A stretch of DNA of 64,000 nt from the human T2T-CHM13v2.0 reference genome, Homo sapiens: assembly GCF_009914755.1 (NCBI RefSeq), contig NC_060942.1. One strand, given 5' to 3'. This document shows, piece after piece, positions 52,452 through 64,000 of the stretch (within the stretch, counting starts at the first letter, position 1; every line of letters starts with the position of its first letter). The notes under the pieces were generated by a model that did no database searches, was not told the origin of the DNA, and saw only the letters and a program-made list of their open reading frames with translations. The translations under genes and the position numbers were made by a program.

Positions 52452-54657
52452 CATTCTCAGGAACTTACTCGTGATGTGTGTACTCAACTAAAGGAGTAGA
52501 AACTTTCTTTTCATAGAGAAGTTTTGAAACGCTCTTTTTGTGGAATCTGCAAGTGGATATTTGGCTAGTTTTGAGGATTTCGTTGGAAGCGGGAATTCAT
52601 ACAAATTGCAGAATGCAGCGTTCTGAGAAACTTCTTTGTGATGTTTGTATTCAGGACACAGAGTTGAACATTCCCTATCATAGAGCAGGTTTGAATCACT
52701 CCTTTTGTAGTATCTGGAAGTGGACATTTGGAGCGCTTTCAGGCCTATGTTGGAAAAGGAAATATCTTCCCATAACAAATAGACAGAAGCATTCTCAGAA
52801 ACTTATTTGAGATGTGTGTACTCAACTAAGAGAATTGAACCACCGTTTTGAAGGAGCAGTTTTGAAACACTCTTTTTCTGGAATCTGCAATTGGATATTT
52901 GGCTAGCTTTGGGGATTTCGCTGGAAGCGGGAATACATATAAAAAGCACACAGCAGCGTTCTGAGAAACTTCTTTCTGATGTTCGCATTCAAGTCAAAAG
53001 TTGAACACTCCCTTTCATAGAGCAGTCTTGAAACTCCCCTTTTGTGGTATCTGGAAGTGGACATTTGGAGTGCTTTCAGGGCTAAGGTGAAAAAGGAAAT
53101 ATCTTCCCATAAAAACTGGACAGAAGCATTCTCAGAAACTTGTTTATGCTGTATCTACTCAGCTAACAAAGTTGAACCTTTCTTTTGATAGAGCAGTTTT
53201 GAAATGCTCTTTTTGTGGAGTCTGCAAGTGGATATTTGGTTAGTTTTGAGGATTGCGTTGGAAGCGGGAATTCATACAAATTGCAGACTGCAGCGTTCTG
53301 AGAAACATCTTTGTGATGTTTGTATTCAGGACACAGAGTTGAACATTCCCTATCATAGAGGAGGTTGGAATCACTCCTTTTGTAGTATCTGGAAGTGGAC
53401 ATTTGGAGCGCTTTCAGGCCTATGTTGAAAAAGGAAATATCTTCCCATAACAAGTAGACACAAGCATTCTCAGAAACTTGTTTGTGATGTGTGCCCTCTA
53501 CTGACAGAGTTGAACCTTTCTTTTCATAGAGCAGTTTCGAAACACTCTTTTTGTAGAATCTGCAAGAGGATATTTGCATAGCTTTGAGGATTTCGTGGGA
53601 AACGGGATTGTCTTCAGGTAAAATCTAGACAGAAGCATTCTCAGAAAATTCTTCGGGATGTTTGCATTCAAGTCACAGAGTAGAACATTCCCTTTGGTAG
53701 AGCAGGTTTGAAACACTCTTTTTGTAGTATCTGGAAGTGGACATTTGGAGCGCTTTCAGGCCTATGTTGGAAAGGGAAATATCTTCCCGTAACAACTAGG
53801 CAGAAGCATTCTCAGAAACTTATTTGAGATGTGTGTACTGAACTAAGAGAATTGAACCACCGTTTTGAAGGAGCAGGTTTGAAACACTCTTTTTGTAGTA
53901 TCTGGAAGTGGACATTTGGAGCGCTTTCAGGCCTATGTTGGAAAGGGAAATATCTTCCCGTAACAACTAGGCAGAAGCATTCTCAGAAACTTATTTGAGA
54001 TGTGTGTACTCAACTAAGAGAATTGAACCACCGTTTTGAAGGAGCAGTTTTGAAACACTCTTTTTCTGGAATCTGCAAGAGGATATTTGCATAGATTTGA
54101 GGATTTCGTTGGAAACGGGATTGTCTTCAGATCAAATCTAGACAGAAGCATTCTCAGAAACTTCTTTGGGATGTTTGCATTCAAGTCACAGAGTAGAACA
54201 TTCCCTTTGGTAGAGCAGGTTTGAAACACTCTTTTTTTAGTATATGGAAGTGGACATTTGGAGCGCTTTCAGGCCTACTTTGGAAAAGGAAATATCTTCC
54301 CATAACAACCAGACAGAAGCATTCTCAGAAACTAGTTTCTGATGTGTGTCCTCAACTAACACAGTTGAACATTTCTTTAGACAGAACAGTTTTGAAACAC
54401 TCTCTTTGTGGAATCTGCAAGTGGATATTTGGCTAGATTTGAGGATTTCGTTGGAAACGGGATTACATATAAAAAGCAGACAGCAGCATTCTCAGAAACT
54501 TCTTTGTGATGATTGCATTCAAGTCACAGAATTGAACATTCCGTTTCACAGAGCAGGTTTGAAACACTCTTTTTATAGTGTGTGTAAGTGGACATTTGGA
54601 GCGCTTTCCGGCCTAAGGTGAACAAGGAAATATCTTCCCATAAAAACTAGACAGAAG

Positions 54658-57205
54658 CATTCTCAGAAACTTACTCGTGATGTGTGTCCTCAACTAAAGG
54701 AGTAGAACCTTTCTTTTCATAGAGAAGTTTTGAAACGCTCTTTTTGTGGAATCTGCAAGTGGATATTTGGCTAGTATGGAGGATTTCGTTGGAAGCGGGA
54801 ATTCATACAAATTGCAGACTGCAGCGTTCTGAGAAACATCTTTGTGATGTTTGTATTCAGGACACAGAGTTGAACATTCCCTATCATAGAGCAGGTTTGA
54901 ATCACTCCTTTTGTAGTATCTGGAAGTGGACATTTGGAGCGCTTTCCGGCCTCAGGTGAAAAAGGAAATATCTTCCCATAAAAACTAGACAGAAGCATTC
55001 TCAGAAACTTACTCGTGATGTGTGTCCTCAACTAAAGGGGTAGAACCTTTCTTTTGATAGAGCAGTTTTGAAACACTCTTTTTGTAGAATCTGCAAGTGG
55101 ATATTTCGATAGCTTTGTGGATTTCGTTGGAAACGGGAATATCTTCATATAAAATCTAGAGAGAAGTATTATCAGAAACTTCCTTGTGATGGTTGCATTC
55201 AAGTCACAGAGTTGAACATTCGCTTTCATAGAGCATGTTTGAAACACTCTTTTTCCATTACCTGGAAGTGGACATTTGGAGCGCTTTGAGGCCTATGGTG
55301 AAAAAGGAAATATCTTCCCAAAAAAACTAGACAGAAGCATTCTCAGAAACTTATTTGTGATGTGTGTCCTCAACTGACAGAGTTGAACATTTCTTTTGAG
55401 AGAGGAGTTTTGAAACACTCTTTTTGTGGAATCTGCAAGTGGATATTTGGCTGGCTTTGAGGATTTCGTTGGAAACGGGAATACATATAAAAAGCACACA
55501 GCAGCGTTCTGAGAAACTTCTTTCTGATGTTCGCATTCAAGTCAAAAGTTGAACACTCCCTTTCATAGAGCAGTCTTGAAACTCCCCTTTTGTGGTATCT
55601 GGAAGTGGACATTTGGAGTGCTTTCAGGGCTAAGGTGAAAAAGGAAATATCTTCCCATAAAAACTGGACAGAAGCATTCTCAGAAACTTGTTTATGCTGT
55701 ATCTACTCAGCTAACAAAGTTGAACCTTTCTTTTGATAGAGCAGTTTTGAAATGCTCTTTTTGTGGAGTCTGCAAGTGGATATTTGGTTAGTTTTGAGGA
55801 TTGCGTTGGAAGCGGGAATTCATACAAATTGCAGACTGCAGCGTTCTGAGAAACATCTTTGTGATGTTTGTATTCAGGACACAGAGTTGAACATTCCCTA
55901 TCATAGAGGAGGTTGGAATCACTCCTTTTGTAGTATCTGGAAGTGGACATTTGGAGCGCTTTCAGGCCTATGTTGAAAAAGGAAATATATTCCCATAACA
56001 AGTAGACACAAGCATTCTCAGAAACTTGTTTGTGATGTGTGCCCTCTACTGACAGAGTTGAACCTTTCTTTTCATAGAGCAGTTTCGAAACACTCTTTTT
56101 GTAGAATCTGCAAGAGGATATTTGCATAGCTTCGAGGATTTCGTGGGAAACGGGATTGTCTTCAGGTAAAATCTAGACAGAAGCATTCTCAGAAAATTCT
56201 TCGGGATGTTTGCATTCAAGTCACAGAGTAGAACATTCCCTTTGGTAGAGCAGGTTTGAAACACTCTTTTTGTAGTATCTGGAAGTGGACATTTGGAGCG
56301 CTTTCAGGCCTATGTTGGAAAGGGAAATATCTTCCCGTAACAACTAGGCAGAAGCATTCTCAGAAACTTATTTGAGATGTGTGTACTGAACTAAGAGAAT
56401 TGAACCACCGTTTTGAAGGAGCAGGTTTGAAACACTCTTTTTGTAGTATCTGGAAGTGGACATTTGGAGCGCTTTCAGGCCTATGTTGGAAAGGGAAATA
56501 TCTTCCCGTAACAACTAGGCAGAAGCATTCTCAGAAACTTATTTGAGATGTGTGTACTCAACTAAGAGAATTGAACCACCGTTTTGAAGGAGCAGTTTTG
56601 AAACACTCTTTTTCTGGAATCTGCAAGAGGATATTTGCATAGATTTGAGGATTTCGTTGGCAACGGGATTGTCTTCAGATCCAATCTAGACAGAAGCATT
56701 CTCAGAAACTTCTTTGGGATGTTTGCATTCAAGTCACAGAGTAGAACATTCCCTTTGGTAGAGCAGGTTTGAAACACTCTTTTTTTAGTATATGGAAGTG
56801 GACATTTGGAGCGCTTTCAGGCCTACGTTGGAAAAGGAAATATCTTCCCATAACAACCAGACAGAAGCATTCTCAGAAACTAGTTTCTGATGTGTGTCCT
56901 CAACTAACACAGTTGAACATTTCTTTAGACAGAACAGTTTTGAAACACTCTCTTTGTGGAATCTGCAAGTGGATATTTGGCTAGATTTGAGGATTTCGTT
57001 GGAAACGGGATTACATATAAAAAGCAGACAGCAGCATTCTCAGAAACTTCTTTGTGATGATTGCATTCAAGTCACAGAATTGAACATTCCGTTTCACAGA
57101 GCAGGTTTGAAACACTCTTTTTGTAGTGTGTGTAAGTGGACATTTGGAGCGCTTTCCGGCCTAAGGTGAACAAGGAAATATCTTCCCATAAAAACTAGAC
57201 AGAAG
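54658..57205 (+). repeat. 15-mer variant ab cd e-j kb lm n op gh, 2548 bp
   Basis: e->j junction at ~55490-55505, followed by k-b-l-m-n-o-p-g-h. Confidence 0.9.
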
Positions 57206-60200
57206 CATTCTGAGAAACTTACTCGTGATGTGTGTCCTCAACTAAAGGAGTAGAACCTTTCTTTTCATAGAGAAGTTTTGAAACGCTCTTTTTGTGGAAT
57301 CTGCAAGTGGATATTTGGCTAGTTTGGAGGATTTCGTTGGAAGCGGGAATTCATACAAATTGCAGACTGCAGCGTTCTGAGAAACATCTTTGTGATGTTT
57401 GTATTCAGGACACAGAGTTGAACATTCCCTATCATAGAGCAGGTTTGAATCACTCCTTTTGTAGTATCTGGAAGTGGACATTTGGAGCGCTTTCCGGCCT
57501 CAGGTGAAAAAGGAAATATCTTCCCATAAAAACTAGACAGAAGCATTCTCAGAAACTTACTCGTGATGTGTGTCCTCAACTAAAGGGGTAGAACCTTTCT
57601 TTTCATAGAGCAGTTTTGAAACACTCTTTTTGTAGAATCTGCAAGTGGATATTTCGATAGCTTTGTGGATTTCGTTGGAAACGGGAATATCTTCATATAA
57701 AATCTAGAGAGAAGTATTATCAGAAACTTCCTTGTGATGGTTGCATTCAAGTCACAGAGTTGAACATTCGCTTTCATAGAGCATGTTTGAAACACTCTTT
57801 TTCCATTACCTGGAAGTGGACATTTGGAGCGCTTTGAGGCCTATGGTGAAAAAGGAAATATCTTCCCAAAAAAACTAGACAGAAGCATTCTCAGAAACTT
57901 ATTTGTGATGTGTGTCCTCAACTGACAGAGTTGAACATTTCTTTTGAGAGAGGAGTTTTGAAACACTCTTTTTGTGGAATCTGCAAGTGGATATTTGGCT
58001 GGCTTTGAGGATTTCGTTGGAAACGGGAATACATATAAAAAGCAGACAGCAGCGTTCTGAGAAACTTCTTGGTGATGTTTGCATTCAAGTCACAGAATTG
58101 AACATTCCCTTTGATAGAACAGGTTTGAAACACTCCTTTTCTCATATCTGGAAGTGTCCATTTGGAGCGCATTCAGGCTTGTGTTGAAAAAGGAAATATC
58201 TTCCCATAACAACTAGACAGAAGCATTGTCAGAAACTAGTTTCTGATGTGTGTCCTCAACTAACACAGTTGTACATTTCTTTAGACAGAACAGTTTTGAA
58301 ACACTCTCTTTGTGGAATCTGCAAGTGGATATTTGGCTAGATTTGAGCATTTCGTTGGAAACGGGATTACATAGAAAAAGCAGACAGCGGCATTCTCAGA
58401 AAGTTCTTTGTGATGATTGCATTCAAGTCACAGAATTGAACATTCCCTTTCACAGAGCAGGTTTGAAACACTCTTTTTGTAGTGTGTGTAAGAGGACATT
58501 TGGAGCGCTTTCCGGCCTAAGGTGAAAAAGGAAATATCTTCCCATAAAAACTAGACAGAAGCATTCTCAGAAACTTACTCGTGATGTGTGTACTCAACTA
58601 AAGGAGTAGAAACTTTCTTTTCATAGAGAAGTTTTGAAACGCTCTTTTTGTGGAATCTGCAAGTGGATATTTGGCTAGTTTTGAGGATTTCGTTGGAAGC
58701 GGGAATTCATACAAATTGCAGACTGCAGCGTTCTGAGAAACATCTTTGTGATGTTTGTATTCAGGACACAGAGTTGAACATTCCCTATCATAGAGCAGGT
58801 TTGAATCACTCCTTTTGTAGTATCTGGACGTGGACATCTGGAGCGCTTTCAGGCCTATGTTGGAAAAGGAAATATCTTCCCATAACAAATAGACAGAAGC
58901 ATTCTCAGAAACTTATTTGAGATGTGTGTACTCAACTAAGAGAATTGAACCACCGTTTTGAAGGAGCAGTTTTGAAACACTCTTTTTCTGGAATCTGCAA
59001 TTGGATATTTGGCTAGCATTGGGGATTTCGCTGGAAGCGGGAATACATATAAAAAGCACACAGCAGCGTTCTGAGAAACTTCTTTCTGATGTTCGCATTC
59101 AAGTCAAAAGTTGAACACTCCCTTTCATAGAGCAGTCTTGATACTCCCCTTTTGTGGTATCTGGAAGTGGACATTTGGAGTGCTTTCAGGGCTAAGGTGG
59201 AAAAGGAAATATCTTCCCATAAAAACTGGACAGAAGCATTCTCAGAAACTTGTTTATGCTGTATCTACTCAGCTAACAAAGTTGAACCTTTCTTTTGATA
59301 GAGCAGTTTTGAAATGCTCTTTTTGTGGAGTCTGCAAGTGGATATTTGGTTAGTTTTGAGGATTGCGTTGGAAGCGGGAATTCATACAAATTGCAGACTG
59401 CAGCGTTCTGAGAAACATATTTGTGATGTTTGTATTCAGGACACAGAGTTGAACATTCCCTATCATAGAGCAGGTTTGAATCACTCCTTTTGTAGTATCT
59501 GGAAGTGAACATTTGGAGCGCTTTCCGGCCTCAGGTGAAAAAGGAAATATCTTCCCATAAAAACTAGACAGAAGCATTCTCAGAAACTTACTCGTGATGT
59601 GTGTCCTCAACTAAAGGGGTAGAACCTTTCTTTTGATAGAGCAGTTTTGAAACACTCTTTTTGTAGAATCTGCAAGTGGATATTTCGATAGCTTTGTGGA
59701 TTTCGTTGGAAACGGGAATATCTTCATATAAAATCTAGAAAGAAGCATTATCAGAAACTTCCTTGTGATGGTTGCATTCAAGTCACAGAGTTGAACATTC
59801 GCTTTCATAGAGCATGTTTGAAACACTCTTTTTCCATTACCTGGAAGTGGACATTTGGAGCACTTTGAGGCCTATGGTGAAAAAGGAAATATCTTCCCAA
59901 AAAAACTAGACAGAAGCATTCTCAGAAACTTATTTGTGATGTGTGTCCTCAACTGACAGAGTTGAACATTTCTTTTGAGAGAGCAGTTTTGAAACACTCT
60001 TTTTGTGGAATCTGCAAGTGGATATTTGGCTGGCTTTGAGGATTTCGTTGGAAACGGGAATACATATAAAAAGCAGACAGCAGCGTTCTGAGAAACTTTT
60101 TGGTGATGTTTGCATTCAAGTCACAAAACTGAACATTCCCTTTGATACAACAGGTTTGAGACACTCCTTTTGTCATATCTGGAAGTGTCCATTTGGAGCG

Positions 60201-62623
60201 CATTCAGGCTTGTGTTGAAAAAGGAAATATCTTCCCATAACAACTAGACAGAAGCATTCTCAGAAACTAGTTTCTGATGTGTGTCCTCAACTAACACAGT
60301 TGTACATTTCTTTAGACAGAACAGTTTTGAAACACTCTTTTTGTGGAATCTGCAAGTGGATATTTGGCTAGATTTGAGCATTTCGTTGGAAACGGGATTA
60401 CATAGAAAAAGCAGACAGCAGCATTCTCAGAAAGTTCTTTGTGATGATTGCATTCAAGTCACAGAATTGAACATTCCCTTTCACAGAGCAGGTTTGAAAC
60501 ACTCTTTTTGTAGTGTGTGTAAGCGGACATTTGGAGCGCTTTCCGGCCTAAGATGAAAAAGGAAATATCTTCCCATAAAAACTAGACAGAAGCATTCTCA
60601 GAAACTTACTCGTGATGTGTGTACTCAACTAAAGGAGTAGAAACTTTCTGTTCATAGAGAAGTTTTGAAACGCTCTTTTTGTGGAATCTGCAAGTGGATA
60701 TTTGGCTAGTTTTGAGGATTTCGTTGGAAGCGGGAATTCATACAAATTGCAGACTGCAGCGTTCTGAGAAACATCTTTGTGATGTTTGTATTCAGGACAC
60801 AGAGTTGAACATTCCCTATCATAGAGCAGGTGGGAATCACTCCTTTTGTAGTATCTGGAAGTGGACATTTGGAGCGCTTTCAGGCCTATGTTGGAAAAGG
60901 AAATATCTTCCCATAACAAATAGACAGAAGCATTCTCAGAAACTTATTTGAGATGTGTGTACTCAACTAAGAGAATTGAACCACCGTTTTGAAGGAGCAG
61001 TTTTGAAACACTCTTTTTCTGGAATCTGCAATTGGATATTTGGCTAGCTTTGGGGATTTCGCTGGAAGCGGGAATACATATAAAAAGCACACAGCAGCGT
61101 TCTGAGAAACTTCTTTCTGATGTTCGCATTCAAGTCAAAAGTTGAACACTCCCTTTCATAGAGCAGTCTTGAAACTCCCCTTTTGTGGTATCTGGAAGTG
61201 GACATTTGGAGTGCTTTCAGGGCTAAGGTGAAAAAGGAAATATCTTCCCATAAAAACTGGACAGAAGCATTCTCAGAAACTTGTTTATGCTGTATCTACT
61301 CAGCTAACAAAGTTGAACCTTTCTTTTGATAGAGCAGTTTTGAAATGCTCTTTTTGTGGAGTCTGCAAGTGGATATTTGGTTAGTTTTGAGGATTTCGTT
61401 GGAAGCGGGAATTCATACAAATTGCAGACTGCAGCGTTCTGAGAAACATCTTTGTGATGTTTGTATTCAGGACACAGAGTTGAACATTCCCTATCATACA
61501 GCAGGTTTGAATCACTCCTTTTGTAGTATCTGGAAGTGGACATTTGGAGCGCTTTCCGGCCTCAGGTGAAAAAGGAAATATCTTCCCATAAAAACTAGGC
61601 AGAAGCATTCTCAGAAACTTACTCGTGATGTGTGTCCTCAACTAAAGGGGTAGAACCTTTCTTTTGATAGAGCAGTTTTGAAACACTCTTTTTGTAGAAT
61701 CTGCAAGTGGATATTTCGATAGCTTTGTGGATTTCGTTGGAAACGGGAATATCTTCATATAAAATCTAGAGAGAAGTATTATCAGAAACTTCCTTGTGAT
61801 GGTTGCATTCAAGTCACAGAGTTGAACATTCGCTTTCATAGAGCATGTTTGAAACACTCTTTTTCCATTACCTGGAAGTGGACTTTTGGAGCGCTTTGAG
61901 GCCTATGGTGAAAAAGGAAATATCTTCCCAAAAAAACTAGACAGAAGCATTCTCAGAAACTTATTTGTGATGTGTGTCCTCAACTGACAGAGTTGAACAT
62001 TTCTTTTGAGAGAGCAGTTTTGAAACACTCTTTTTGTGGAATCTGCAAGTGGATATTTGGCTGGCTTTGAGGATTTCGTTGGAAACGGGAATACATATAA
62101 AAAGCAGACAGCAGCGTTCTGAGAAACTTCTTGGTGATGTTTGCATTCAAGTCACAGAATTGAACATTCCCTTTAATAGAACAGGTTTGAAACACTCCTT
62201 TTGTCATATCTGGAAGTGTCCATTTGGAGCGCATTCAGGCTTGTGTTGAAAAAGGAAATATCTTCCCATAACAACTAGACAGAAGCATTCTCAGAAACTA
62301 GTTTCTGATGTGTGTCCTCAACTAACACAGTTGTACATTTCTTTAGACAGAACAGTTTTGAAACACTCTTTTTGTGGAATCTGCAAGTGGATATTTGGCT
62401 AGATTTGAGCATTTCGTTGGAAACGGGATTACATACAAAAAGCAGACAGCGGCATTCTCAGAAAGTTCTTTGTGATGATTGCATTCAAGTCACAGAATTG
62501 AACATTCCCTTTCACAGAGCAGGTTTGAAACACTCTTTTTGTAGTGTGTGTAAGCGGACATTTGCAGCGATTTCCGGCCTAAGGTGAAAAAGGAAATATC
62601 TTCCCATAAAAACTAGACAGAAG

Positions 62624-64000
62624 CATTCTCAGGAACTTACTCGTGATGTGTGTACTCAACTAAAGGAGTAGAAACTTTCTTTTCATAGAGAAGTTTTGAA
62701 ACGCTCTTTTTGTGGAATCTGCAAGTGGATATTTGGCTAGTTTTGAGGATTTCGTTGGAAGCGGGAATTCATACAAATTGCAGAATGCAGCGTTCTGAGA
62801 AACTTCTTTGTGATGTTTGTATTCAGGACACAGAGTTGAACATTCCCTATCATAGAGCAGGTTTGAATCACTCCTTTTGTAGTATCTGGAAGTGGACATT
62901 TGGAGCGCTTTCAGGCCTATGTTGGAAAAGGAAATATCTTCCCATAACAAATAGACAGAAGCATTCTCAGAAACTTATTTGAGATGTGTGTACTCAACTA
63001 AGAGAATTGAACCACCGTTTTGAAGGAGCAGTTTTGAAACACTCTTTTTCTGGAATCTGCAATTGGATATTTGGCTAGCTTTGGGGATTTCGCTGGAAGC
63101 GGGAATACATATAAAAAGCACACAGCAGCGTTCTGAGAAACTTCTTTCTGATGTTCGCATTCAAGTCAAAAGTTGAACACTCCCTTTCATAGAGCAGTCT
63201 TGAAACTCCCCTTTTGTGGTATCTGGAAGTGGACATTTGGAGTGCTTTCAGGGCTAAGGTGAAAAAGGAAATATCTTCCCATAAAAACTGGACAGAAGCA
63301 TTCTCAGAAACTTGTTTATGCTGTATCTACTCAGCTAACAAAGTTGAACCTTTCTTTTGATAGAGCAGTTTTGAAATGCTCTTTTTGTGGAGTCTGCAAG
63401 TGGATATTTGGTTAGTTTTGAGGATTGCGTTGGAAGCGGGAATTCATACAAATTGCAGACTGCAGCGTTCTGAGAAACATCTTTGTGATGTTTGTATTCA
63501 GGACACAGAGTTGAACATTCCCTATCATAGAGGAGGTTGGAATCACTCCTTTTGTAGTATCTGGAAGTGGACATTTGGAGCGCTTTCAGGCCTATGTTGA
63601 AAAAGGAAATATCTTCCCATAACAAGTAGACACAAGCATTCTCAGAAACTTGTTTGTGATGTGTGCCCTCTACTGACAGAGTTGAACCTTTCTTTTCATA
63701 GAGCAGTTTCGAAACACTCTTTTTGTAGAATCTGCAAGAGGATATTTGCATAGCTTTGAGGATTTCGTGGGAAACGGGATTGTCTTCAGGTAAAATCTAG
63801 ACAGAAGCATTCTCAGAAAATTCTTCGGGATGTTTGCATTCAAGTCACAGAGTAGAACATTCCCTTTGGTAGAGCAGGTTTGAAACACTCTTTTTGTAGT
63901 ATCTGGAAGTGGACATTTGGAGCGCTTTCAGGCCTATGTTGGAAAGGGAAATATCTTCCCGTAACAACTAGGCAGAAGCATTCTCAGAAACTTATTTGAG
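62624..64000 (+). repeat. Truncated unit ab ij kb lm... (runs off the window)
   Basis: Monomer order read directly up to the window end. Confidence 0.9.

Larger units (their letters stand above)
1..64000 (+). repeat. Alpha-satellite (alphoid) centromeric higher-order repeat array, SF2-type dimeric organisation, probably human chr18 D18Z1-related
   Basis: Continuous ~171-bp tandem monomers beginning CATTCTCAGAAAC/CGTTCTGAGAAAC. Alternate monomers carry CENP-B boxes (TTTCGTTGGAARCGGGA) or pJ-alpha-like boxes. Support for chr18 is from memory: the motif ATGTGTGTCCTCAACTAAAG (82-101) matches the chr18 alphoid PRINS primer as I recall it, and EcoRI spacings of ~1.36 and ~0.68 kb fit classic chr18 alphoid fragments. 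Alpha-satellite identity is essentially certain; the chromosome call is about 0.75. Confidence 0.99.

Noticed and set aside
43163-55711. Exact 10,000-bp offset between similar blocks (possible synthetic or assembly artefact)
   Set aside because: It equals the sum of natural unit lengths 2372+2031+2035+1356+2206, and the two blocks differ at diagnostic SNVs and in the e->j breakpoint, so it is a coincidence.
96-63888. Hundreds of 60-140 aa ORFs on both strands
   Set aside because: They recur with the satellite period, overlap in multiple frames, often use non-ATG starts, and are the typical translation of alphoid DNA. There is no gene structure.
1-64000. CRISPR-like repeat/spacer array
   Set aside because: The intervening sequences are homologous monomer bodies, not unique spacers, and there are no cas genes.
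1-64000. Embedded L1/Alu insertion or strand inversion
   Set aside because: Monomer phase and orientation could be followed continuously through the window; I saw no non-alphoid sequence, poly-A tail or target-site duplication.
1-64000. Calling this window the active kinetochore site or centromere dip region
   Set aside because: This cannot be inferred from sequence; it needs CENP-A and methylation data.

Overview
The whole 64 kb is one uninterrupted, head-to-tail primate (very likely human) centromeric alpha-satellite array of ~171-bp monomers (167-171 bp), all in the same orientation. CENP-B-box (B-type) monomers alternate with pJ-alpha-type (A-type) monomers, as in dimeric suprachromosomal family 2. 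From recalled sequence it most resembles chromosome 18 D18Z1 (S2C18H1L-like); this assignment was not checked against a database. I found no genes, RNAs, transposon insertions, inversions or CRISPR arrays; all listed ORFs are satellite artefacts. I labelled monomers by reading the first unit (starts): a60 b227 c398 d569 e740 f907 g1078 h1245 a1416 b1583 i1754 j1921 k2091 b2258 l2429 m2600 n2771 o2942 p3113 g3284 h3451. The left half (60-33812) is built from 21-mers (3562 bp = 8-mer abcdefgh + 13-mer abijkblmnopgh) and free 13-mers (2206 bp). The right half carries a different SNV haplotype and a mosaic of 8-, 12-, 13-, 14- and 15-mer variants, with nested duplications at 6.6, 12.5, 16.6 and 26.8 kb offsets. 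The interesting content is structural and evolutionary: a fixed hybrid monomer that breaks A/B parity, one relic unit lacking it, a small switch grammar generating all HOR variants, recurrent loss of one CENP-B box, and a sharp haplotype boundary near 34 kb. I see no evidence for a novel protein-coding system.
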